Shown here: one piece after another, positions 57,002 through 64,000 of the stretch
Position numbering within the stretch: the first letter of the stretch is position 1
How the letters are laid out: each line of letters begins with the position of its first letter
NCBI GenBank assembly: GCA_937910695.1
Contig: CALEMW010000233.1
Coordinates: 3,677 to 67,676, forward strand
Length of the DNA: 64,000 bases
Source: an uncultured bacterium
GTDB lineage: Bacteria; Krumholzibacteriota; Krumholzibacteriia; LZORAL124-64-63
Direction: 5' to 3'
Made by a program: the position numbers and the translations under genes
The notes under the pieces: model-generated
Told to the model about the DNA's origin: nothing
Databases searched by the model: none
The model's input: the letters and a program-made list of their open reading frames with translations, nothing else

Positions 57002-58162
57002 TCATTGCTGGGGACTCTGTGGCCGACGGCGTCGCCCCGGAGTCTGCTCTTGTGGACGCGCTGGGCGCTGCATCTCCTCGAGCGTCGGATACAGGAGCCC
57101 AAGTTCGAGGACCAGGTCCTCTTCAGGAAAATCGGGAGGCAGAGGTGCAAAGGGCGCCGCACCATGCAGGGCGGCAATGCTGGCTTGGTGCAAAGACGGA
57201 TGCCCCTGCTCGTCCAGGACATCCAGGCTCCCGATGGTGCCGTCTTGCTCCACCACGAGCCGCATGACGGTCTTGCCGTCGATCACGCCCAAGCGGTAGG
57301 CATAGGGTGGAATCCAATGAGGCAGGAAGTCCTGCTTGAAACGCTCGAGCCAGGGGGCGAAGTCCCACGACAGGGTGTTGAGGCGGAATTCGCCGAATTG
57401 AATCATGTTGCCGGCACTGCTGCTGACTGCGAGCTGGTCGTAGTCGAAGCCCGGATCGCCGCTCCGGCTCGTTCCCTCGGCGAGGATCGAAGGGCGGTTC
57501 GAGGGAAAGAGGTCAAAATTGTCCGGCGACGTCGCAGCCGTCGCAGACTCATCGTGATCGGACACTTCGTCCGGCTTCGCCTCGTCATTCCCAACGGTCG
57601 ATTCACCTGTCTGCTCTTCAGGAGCCTCGTTGCTCTGTTGCGCTCGGGCGAGGTCATGATCGCCGTCTTCGGGCGTTTCCCCTTCACCGGTCCGGAATTC
57701 CGGTGAACGGATCAGGGCGATCCCTCCCTCGGTCGCCGCGGAGTTCGCCTGGATCGCCACCTGTTCGATTTCCGAGGTGCGCTCCGCCCCCGGCGCACTG
57801 TTTTCCGTACCACCTTCAAGCTCGTCGGCGGCGAGGCTGTTGTGCATGGCCAGGAAATCCGCCCGCGCAGGCGGCGCCTCAACAGCCTGGCGCTCGGGGA
57901 TGCTGGTAAACTCAGTGGGTCTTCCGGGATCCTGTTCGTCTGCGACATCCGGCTCGAAGACGATCTCGATGACATCGTCGGGGCGCACCTTCGGAGTTCG
58001 TGCTTTCTCGACGCCGAACAGATCCACGCCCCATGTCGCCGCCCCGAACCCCAGGTGGAGCAGCAGGGAGGCCAGCAGGGCCAGGATGATGGGACGACGA
58101 CTGGACACGGTTCTCCTTGACGATGGAGGACGCCGACCGGATTCTGTGCGAACGTTTCGCAA
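57002..58162 (-). CDS. TonB/TolA-like energy transducer (TonB C-terminal domain)
   Basis: N-terminal TM (IILALLASLLLHLGFG), a long acidic/Pro linker and a C-terminal TonB fold (YRLGVIDGKTVMRLVVEQDGTIGSLDVLDEQGHPSLHQASIAAL). Confidence 0.65.
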   Translation of the reverse strand: MRNVRTESGRRPPSSRRTVSSRRPIILALLASLLLHLGFGAATWGVDLFGVEKARTPKVRPDDVIEIVFEPDVADEQDPGRPTEFTSIPERQAVEAPPARADFLAMHNSLAADELEGGTENSAPGAERTSEIEQVAIQANSAATEGGIALIRSPEFRTGEGETPEDGDHDLARAQQSNEAPEEQTGESTVGNDEAKPDEVSDHDESATAATSPDNFDLFPSNRPSILAEGTSRSGDPGFDYDQLAVSSSAGNMIQFGEFRLNTLSWDFAPWLERFKQDFLPHWIPPYAYRLGVIDGKTVMRLVVEQDGTIGSLDVLDEQGHPSLHQASIAALHGAAPFAPLPPDFPEEDLVLELGLLYPTLEEMQRPARPQEQTPGRRRRPQSPQQ

Positions 58163-58189
58163 GGTCCGGAGTCACCCTCGGAGTAGTAC

Positions 58190-59188
58190 ATGATGCATCG
58201 ACAGGACGCCCCTGACAACCACGACGCCGCTGAAGAGCGGACGGCGGCCGCCGTCCGCGATCTGGCCGGCACCGTCGGCGAGGGTCTCCTGGAGATCGAT
58301 ACGGTCCTTTCCGAGGTCACGACGTTCCACATCGGTGGACCCGCTGCGGGGTTGGCCCACGTGCGAACGTCGGACGACGCCCGCAGGTTCCTGGAATTCG
58401 CAGGAGAGCGCGAGATCGACGTCCTGGGCCTCGGCGGCGGCAGCAACCTTCTGGTGGACGACAACGGTTTCTGCGGCCTGATCCTGCGCATGGAAATGAC
58501 AGATGTCGTATTCGGGCCCGGTACGGTCCGCGCCGGAGCCGGACTCCCCTTCGACGAACTGATCGCCCTCAGCCTGGCCGCAGGCCGACCCGGGCTTGAA
58601 TTCGCCTCAGGCATCCCCGGCAGCCTGGGCGGCGCCGTGGTGGGCAACGCCGGCTGTTACGGTCACGAAATCGGCGAGTTCGTCCTCGAAGCCACCCTCT
58701 TGCGGCCCGACGGATCGGTCGAACGTGTCGGCCCCGAGGACCTCGGTTTCCGCTACCGCAGCTCCGATCTCAAGGGCAGCGACACTCTTCTGCTCGACGT
58801 CTTGATCCACGCCGAGGCCGGAAATGTCACGGCCGCAGTCGCCGAGCGCCATGAGCATCTGACCGATCGGCTGCGCAAGCATCCGGTGGACGAACCCTGT
58901 GCCGGCAGCTACTTTCAGAATCTCGCGCCGTCGTCCCCCGGCGAACGCCGACGGGCCGCAGGAGCCCTGCTCGACGAGCTCGGCGTCCGCGGTTGGCGGG
59001 AGGGCGATGCAGCCGTTTATCACAAGCATGCCAACATCATCGTCAACCTCGGCCGGGCCACCTGCCTGGACGTTTTGACCCTGGCGGGCCGGATGAAGGC
59101 CGCCGTCGTCGATAAATTCGGAGAAGAATTGGTCGAAGAAGTACGTCATCTGCCGCGTCATCGTACAGGTCGCGGGTTTTGCGGTTGA
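58190..59188 (+). CDS. murB: UDP-N-acetylenolpyruvoylglucosamine reductase
   Basis: FAD-binding PCMH-type domain (TTFHIGGPAAGLAHVRTSDD...GGGSNLLV). Confidence 0.85.
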   Translation: MMHRQDAPDNHDAAEERTAAAVRDLAGTVGEGLLEIDTVLSEVTTFHIGGPAAGLAHVRTSDDARRFLEFAGEREIDVLGLGGGSNLLVDDNGFCGLILRMEMTDVVFGPGTVRAGAGLPFDELIALSLAAGRPGLEFASGIPGSLGGAVVGNAGCYGHEIGEFVLEATLLRPDGSVERVGPEDLGFRYRSSDLKGSDTLLLDVLIHAEAGNVTAAVAERHEHLTDRLRKHPVDEPCAGSYFQNLAPSSPGERRRAAGALLDELGVRGWREGDAAVYHKHANIIVNLGRATCLDVLTLAGRMKAAVVDKFGEELVEEVRHLPRHRTGRGFCG

Positions 59189-59260
59189 CACCGGCGGGCC
59201 AAGACCAGACTTTTAAAGCGATTGGCCCCATGTGAGGACAGCCTGACAGGAGCGGACCCT

Positions 59261-60190
59261 ATGCCCCGTAGTTTCACCGTCGCCTTCATCTGCGTGATCA
59301 TCATGATCGCAGGCACCGCCTTGTCCCAGACCGAAGGCGGCGCCGAAGTCCGGCCCGACGCTCAGGTCGACGAGCAGAACTTCAACCTCAAGCCAGGCGG
59401 AGGGGCCTCCGAGAGGATCGAGGACGTCGACGACGCGCCCGAGTACGAGCCCGTCATCCCGGTGAAGAACCTGGAAACGTCGGTCACGCTCGGCTTCTGG
59501 GGACTCGACATGCCCCTGATCGCTCACGATCTACTCATCTACAAGTACACCGATGAGTTCACCTACTTCGGCGATGTCGAGCTCCGCGGAGAATCCGCGT
59601 TCCACCCTCAGCTGCGGCTCAGCTACAACGCATCGACGTACCTCGCCATCGAGCCTTTCTTCGACGTCTCGGTCTCCGAGTACCAGTCGACGATCACCAA
59701 CCCCCAGCAGATCACCAACAGCACCGAAGGCGGTGTGCTCGAGCCCGTCGAGGAGCTCGGTGAATTCGACTACGAGAAGCGGTCGAACATCACGCTGGGC
59801 ACCGGCGTGAACATGTTGCTCTACCCCCACAACTACGGCAACTTCGGCAAGGGCAACTGGCATCCGTTCCTGATCGGCGGCCTGTCGAAGGTGTGGATGA
59901 GCATCAACTCGAACTACGTGGACGACGCCGCCAGCATGTGGCGATACTCCGGAGGCGCGGGCATCCGCTACGTCGCCGACGACATGATCAGCATCCGCTT
60001 CGAGATGATGTTCCACAAGATGACCTTCCAGTTCAATCCTTCGGACTCCTATAAGGAACTGGACGGCGGACTCATCAAGATTCCCGTCTACGAGTATGTC
60101 ATCGGCGAAGGCGAAAAGCCTGTGACCGAGTTCACAGAGCAATCGGTCAACACGATCAGCTGGGCCTTGGGCTTTACGGCCACCTTCTGA
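59261..60190 (+). CDS. Putative outer-membrane beta-barrel protein
   Basis: Signal peptide MPRSFTVAFICVIIMIAGTALSQ, amphipathic beta-strands and C-terminal ...ALGFTATF. Confidence 0.5.
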   Translation: MPRSFTVAFICVIIMIAGTALSQTEGGAEVRPDAQVDEQNFNLKPGGGASERIEDVDDAPEYEPVIPVKNLETSVTLGFWGLDMPLIAHDLLIYKYTDEFTYFGDVELRGESAFHPQLRLSYNASTYLAIEPFFDVSVSEYQSTITNPQQITNSTEGGVLEPVEELGEFDYEKRSNITLGTGVNMLLYPHNYGNFGKGNWHPFLIGGLSKVWMSINSNYVDDAASMWRYSGGAGIRYVADDMISIRFEMMFHKMTFQFNPSDSYKELDGGLIKIPVYEYVIGEGEKPVTEFTEQSVNTISWALGFTATF

Positions 60191-60224
60191 TCCCGAGCCG
60201 AACGAGCAGCGAGCGGGGCGGTCC

Positions 60225-61760
60225 TCAAAGGGCCGCCCCGCTCTGCGTCAAAGCCGCCTCGCGACGCCAGCCGAGAGCGCGGACGGCATCGCAACGGAGT
60301 GCCGTCGTGCGGCCTTCAAGGGCCGCAACTGTCCTCGCCACCCCCGCACAACGGATCAAGCTGCGGATCGAAAGTGCCATTCCCGTCCGCGCCCGATCCA
60401 GGATCTCTCTTGCCCCCTCGTCGAGATGGCGTCGGGCGAACAAGAGCTCCCCGGCACCGCGGACTGGATCCGCGTCGAGGATTCTGCGTGCCATGACGAC
60501 CCGGTCACGGGCCTCGACCGGGTTCCACTGGCCACCGGGATCGAAGGGCCCTCGGTTGTCCGGCAGGGTTTCGTCGAGTTCACAGAACAGATCGATGCGA
60601 TCGAGAAAAGGCCCCGACAACCTATCCCGATGACGGGCAACGGTCGCAGCGGAACAACTGCAGTGGCGCCGGCGGCTTCCGAGCCAACCACAGCGGCAGG
60701 GGTTCATGGCGGCGAGGAGCTGAAAATCCGCCGGCCATTCCCGGCTCCCTCCCCCTCGAACCACACTGATCCGGCGCTCCTCGAGCGGCTCACGCAGGGC
60801 ATCGAGGACGCCGTAGGCGAATTCCGTCAACTCGTCGAGGAACAGGACGCCGTGATGGGCCAGCGTCGCCTCACCCGGCTGCATACCGGCGCCCCCGCCA
60901 ACGAGCCCAGCTCGGGTGACACTGTGGTGAGGAGCCCGGAAGGGCCTTGGCGGGCGGCTCAGGCCACAGTTGAGATCGGCGTGGAACCCGAGAGTGCCGG
61001 AGATCCTCAGCACATCGATGGCGTCACGGGTGGTCATTTCGGGTTGCAGAACACCCACGGCTCGACAGAGGCGAGTTTTACCACTGCCGGGAGTACCGAC
61101 CAGCAGCATGTTGTGACGTCCGGCGGCCGCTGTCATTGCCAGATGGCGGGTATGGGAGTCGACAAGCCCCAGGAACGCATCGCCGGAACCACGCTCTGGA
61201 GGAAGACCGGGAAGGGGGCGACCTCCGGCCGACCAATTGGGAATCGACTCGCCGTCCAACCAGGACCCGACTTCCCGGAGAGTTTCTGCGCCAAGCACCT
61301 CGATACCCTCGACGAGACAGGCTTCGACGAGCTGTCGACGAGGGACGACGAAGCGTCGTCGCCCCCCCGCTGAGAGAGCCATCACAATGGCGAGGAGGCC
61401 CCGCACGGGCTCCACACCACCGGCCAAGGACAACTCGCCCAGAAAGACGACGTCGCGAAAGTCCGCCAAAGCACCGGAGCAGCCCCCCTGCCCCAGCACG
61501 CCGACGGCCACCGCCAGGTCCAAGGATGCTCCCTCTTTGCGAACCTCTGCCGGCGCCAGGTTGACGGTCACCCGACCCTTCGGCCACCCGAGTCCGCAGT
61601 TCCTCACCGCGCTCATGACCCGTTCACGGCTCTCGCGGACCGCGGTGTTGGGCAGACCGACGATCTGGAACGTGGGCAGCCCCCGCCCTGCATCGACTTC
61701 GACCCTGACCTCGTAGCCGTTGATCCCGTCGACGGCTCCCCCGAATACCATGACAACCAT
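60225..61760 (-). CDS. comM: YifB/ComM-family Mg-chelatase-like AAA+ ATPase
   Basis: N-terminal Lon-like domain, Walker A LLVGTPGSGKT, Walker B LFLDEL and zinc-finger-like C-terminal segments. True start MVVMVF... at 61760. Confidence 0.85.
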   Translation of the reverse strand: MVVMVFGGAVDGINGYEVRVEVDAGRGLPTFQIVGLPNTAVRESRERVMSAVRNCGLGWPKGRVTVNLAPAEVRKEGASLDLAVAVGVLGQGGCSGALADFRDVVFLGELSLAGGVEPVRGLLAIVMALSAGGRRRFVVPRRQLVEACLVEGIEVLGAETLREVGSWLDGESIPNWSAGGRPLPGLPPERGSGDAFLGLVDSHTRHLAMTAAAGRHNMLLVGTPGSGKTRLCRAVGVLQPEMTTRDAIDVLRISGTLGFHADLNCGLSRPPRPFRAPHHSVTRAGLVGGGAGMQPGEATLAHHGVLFLDELTEFAYGVLDALREPLEERRISVVRGGGSREWPADFQLLAAMNPCRCGWLGSRRRHCSCSAATVARHRDRLSGPFLDRIDLFCELDETLPDNRGPFDPGGQWNPVEARDRVVMARRILDADPVRGAGELLFARRHLDEGAREILDRARTGMALSIRSLIRCAGVARTVAALEGRTTALRCDAVRALGWRREAALTQSGAAL

Positions 61761-61896
61761 GCGCACCTCCTCGGCGCAGACATGCTCGAACCATGCCGAA
61801 CGCCCACCAGCGAGGATCGGGCATAGCGGGTCGTCAGCCTGCAGAACAGGTGCAGGCATGACATCGAAACAGGACGGGGCTGGAAACAGGTGTCAC

Positions 61897-61931
61897 CCAA
61901 CAAGAACGGGCCCCGCCGAAGCGGGGCCCGT
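61897..61931 (-). terminator. Rho-independent terminator after secreted-protein gene 61953-62657
   Basis: Perfect 11-bp stem ACGGGCCCCGC-UUCG-GCGGGGCCCGU followed by UUCUUGUUG on the minus strand. Confidence 0.55.
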
Positions 61932-61952
61932 CCACGGGGAGTCGGAACGGAA

Positions 61953-62657
61953 CTAGCGGAACATGGTCTTCAAATCGCCCCAGCTTGCATCGTCGTTGCC
62001 GGTGGGGTCGAAGGGGAAGATGATCTTGATGCCGAAGACCAGGTCGAAACCGGCCGGCACCGAGACAAAGAAACTGGGTTCGGCGATGCCCGTACCGGCG
62101 AAGGTCCAGCCTCCCATGGGAAATTCGAGGCCCAGAAGGTAGGCCAGCTCGGACCCTCCGTTCAGCACGCAGGTGCCGATGCCGGCGCCCGAGAAGCCGA
62201 AGCCGATGGGGTTGTCCAGAAGCATGTCCCAGTTCGGATCGACAGCGGCCTGCAGGAGCATCACGCCGTCGGTGAACGTCGCCTCGTTGGCATAGTTGGC
62301 CGCGGTGCCGCCGGCGATCGCATCTTCGTAGATCTCGATCACGGCGCCGTTGAACACATATTCCTTCATGCTCAGCCCGGGGGTGAACGTGAAGGCCGTG
62401 AGGGCCATGTTGACCACTCGGATCGTGTACTGGTTACTGGCGAAATCCATGGGCAGCGGGGTCGGAGCGCTCACCGGGGGGTTCGCGATGCCGAGCACCG
62501 TGTAGCTGGATCCGACGGTATCCTGGCCGAGAGTGCTTTTGGAAAAGCCCTCGAAGGTGAATTCGACCTGTCCCAGGACGGGAACGGCCGCGACGAGCAC
62601 CATTGCGGCAAGCGCGGTGCGGATCATGGTGCGAGTGTTGATCTGCTTCATCATCAT
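61953..62657 (-). CDS. Secreted hypothetical protein (beta-rich), paralog A
   Basis: Signal peptide MMMKQINTRTMIRTALAAMVLVAAVPVLGQ. C-terminus ...FPFDPTGNDDASWGDLKTMFR. Confidence 0.6.
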   Translation of the reverse strand: MMMKQINTRTMIRTALAAMVLVAAVPVLGQVEFTFEGFSKSTLGQDTVGSSYTVLGIANPPVSAPTPLPMDFASNQYTIRVVNMALTAFTFTPGLSMKEYVFNGAVIEIYEDAIAGGTAANYANEATFTDGVMLLQAAVDPNWDMLLDNPIGFGFSGAGIGTCVLNGGSELAYLLGLEFPMGGWTFAGTGIAEPSFFVSVPAGFDLVFGIKIIFPFDPTGNDDASWGDLKTMFR

Positions 62658-62672
62658 GCCCTCCTTCCGTTC

Positions 62673-63380
62673 CTAGCGGTACAGGTTCTTAAGGTTGCTG
62701 AACGTGGTGTCTTCGTTCGGGATCGTCGGGTCGTAGTAGATCGAGCCGTCGGCTTCGCAGTCATAGCCTTCGGGAATCGTGCTGTCGGCGCCCACGCCGA
62801 CGAGGCCCGCGATGGCCATGCCGTCGGGGTTGGCCAGCATGTCGCCCAGTTCACCGTAGTTGGTGCCCAGGGTGAAGGTGACCGCGCCCTGGTAGTTGCC
62901 GGAGAAGTTCGTGGTGTTGTAGGTCAACACGAACTGGGTGAACACGCCCGACAGATAGGCGTCGCCGTTGCTGAAACTGCCGATGGCGCCGGCGTCCGGA
63001 GGATCGACGCCGTAGAAAGGCATCGTGTAGCCGGGGTCGAGATACCGATCGGCGATGATGTCGATGGTGCCGCCGGTGTAGTAGACGCGGATCACGCCGC
63101 CTCCCAGATCGATCTGCCCCATCGAAACGAGGCCGTCGATGACCCAGGTGTACTCATAGTCGGCGGTGCTCCAGGTCAACGGATGGCTGATGTTGTCGAC
63201 GAAACCGATACCCGCCAGAACGTCGCCGGCATCGCTGGGCGGAAAGCCCGGTGTTCCCGGAGTGTTGTCCGACTCGTACATATAGCCGATGATGTTGAGG
63301 ACTTCGAAGCTCTGAGCCTGTGCGAGGCCGGTGGCCGAGCACAGCAGTGCGAAGCAAACGAGTAAGTTGAACTTCTTCAT
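62673..63380 (-). CDS. Secreted hypothetical protein (beta-rich), paralog B
   Basis: Start MKKFNLLVCFALLCSATGLAQAQ. C-terminus ...SIYYDPTIPNEDTTFSNLKNLYR. Confidence 0.6.
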   Translation of the reverse strand: MKKFNLLVCFALLCSATGLAQAQSFEVLNIIGYMYESDNTPGTPGFPPSDAGDVLAGIGFVDNISHPLTWSTADYEYTWVIDGLVSMGQIDLGGGVIRVYYTGGTIDIIADRYLDPGYTMPFYGVDPPDAGAIGSFSNGDAYLSGVFTQFVLTYNTTNFSGNYQGAVTFTLGTNYGELGDMLANPDGMAIAGLVGVGADSTIPEGYDCEADGSIYYDPTIPNEDTTFSNLKNLYR

Positions 63381-63630
63381 GTTTCCCCCCGTGGAGACCG
63401 ACGGTTCCGGCGCCGGCACTTGATGTGGACCGTAGATGTTTGTTCCGGCCCGCGAGCAACCATCAGAGCGGGGTCCATTCTCGGGCGCGAATGGATGATG
63501 GTCGATATATCCGCACCCCGAGACTCAATCTCAGGGTTGCCAACTCCCTTGAAGGCTAACACTGCCAACAGTGCCCTGCAATGTCAGTCATAAGCTATTC
63601 ACTATTATTTGTACGTCACAAAGCCTCATA

Positions 63631-63668
63631 CATTAAAAATGCGGAGGTTCCATCAGGAATCTCCGCAT
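63631..63668 (-). terminator. Rho-independent terminator downstream of histone-fold gene
   Basis: Perfect 8-bp inverted repeat AUGCGGAG-N14-CUCCGCAU followed by UUUUUAAUG on the minus strand. Confidence 0.5.
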
Positions 63669-63719
63669 GATTGTCGAGATGCGGCCGAAATAACGACAAC
63701 ATTCGTCTCGTTAGACTTA

Positions 63720-63878
63720 CAGATCGCAGGGACGGACGGTCTTGCGACCGTTCTCCATCGCACGCTTCTCGGCGGCGGCGATGAGCTCGTAAACCTTCTT
63801 GTCCAAGGCGTCGTAGAATTCGCCGGAGACGTTGCAGTTCTTGACCGCTTCCTTGGTCTTTGTCTTGCTGATGATCAT
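63720..63878 (-). CDS. Bacterial histone-fold DNA-binding protein (singlet histone, DUF1931-like), 53 aa
   Basis: MIISKTKTKEAVKNCNVSGEFYDALDKKVYELIAAAEKRAMENGRKTVRPCDL. ATG at 63878 with an AGGAGGA Shine-Dalgarno 9 nt upstream. The C-terminal RAxENGRKTVxPxDL matches the histone-fold alpha3 signature (archaeal HMfB ...ARHAGRKTIKAEDIELA; Bdellovibrio-type bacterial histones). The track ORF adds a TTG-initiated 18-aa extension that is rejected. Confidence 0.65.
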
Positions 63879-64000
63879 GGTCGCTGATCCTCCTGCGGGA
63901 AAAAGGGGTGACGGGAAGGGAATCCTTTCCAACCGGACGCCGAAGGATCATGCCCGCGAATGCCCCGATCTGTCAATCGAGAGATCCACGAACGTTCTCC

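Overview
This is a high-GC (about 65-68%) bacterial chromosomal segment, densely packed and about 85% minus-strand. It is mostly core housekeeping, with several lineage-specific insertions. There are no rRNA genes, no CRISPR arrays and no clear IS or mobile elements.

Contents from 5' to 3':
- **Glycosylation cluster (1-7324).** Partial GT2 polyprenol-phosphate glycosyltransferase, NAD-dependent epimerase, DUF2723/TMEM260-like GT-C membrane protein with TPR tail, flippase-like TIGR00374 protein, GT4 glycosyltransferase and a SAM methyltransferase.
- **nusB and riboflavin operon (7321-11550).** nusB, ribH, ribBA, ribE and ribD, with an FMN riboswitch upstream.
- **ftsY and smc (11598-16580).**
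- **SPOR-domain protein translationally coupled to selA (16618-19409).**
- **Cell-wall module (19623-26457).** A lipoprotein amidase with two Amidase_3 domains, a TonB-C-terminal-domain protein, an LpoA-like lipoprotein, a DUF2914 protein and a SurA-like PPIase.
- **Firmicutes-like synteny block (26855-32395).** rplI, rpsR, rpsF, pth, ctc, prs, tRNA-Gln, spoVG and ispE.
- **Envelope and recombination genes (32408-38662).** UbiA prenyltransferase, gmhA, rfbD, recX, recA, cinA and pgpA.
- **MglB/MglA-like roadblock and small GTPase pair (38718-39807).**
- **recR, ybaB, dnaX, SRP RNA (ffs), tRNA-Ala and two tRNA-Ser (39868-43137).**
- **tadA (43207-43731).**
- **Nickel/cobalt ECF transporter (43882-46743).** nikL-like, nikM, nikQ, nikO and nikR, with a palindromic operator candidate upstream.
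- **Three tandem paralogous lipoproteins next to a tRNA-Arg/Ser/Ser cluster (46805-49302).**
- **asmA and mnmA (49366-52391).**
- **TonB-ExbB-ExbD module (52409-58162).** Includes a translationally coupled lipoprotein/OMP pair and a TPR protein.
- **murB, an OMP and comM (58190-61760).**
- **Two secreted paralogs (61953-63380).**
- **A small bacterial histone-fold gene in an AT-rich island (63631-63878).**

The most notable observations are the histone-fold gene, a conserved extreme C-terminal tail motif shared by unrelated secreted proteins, and a degenerate MglA-like GTPase.
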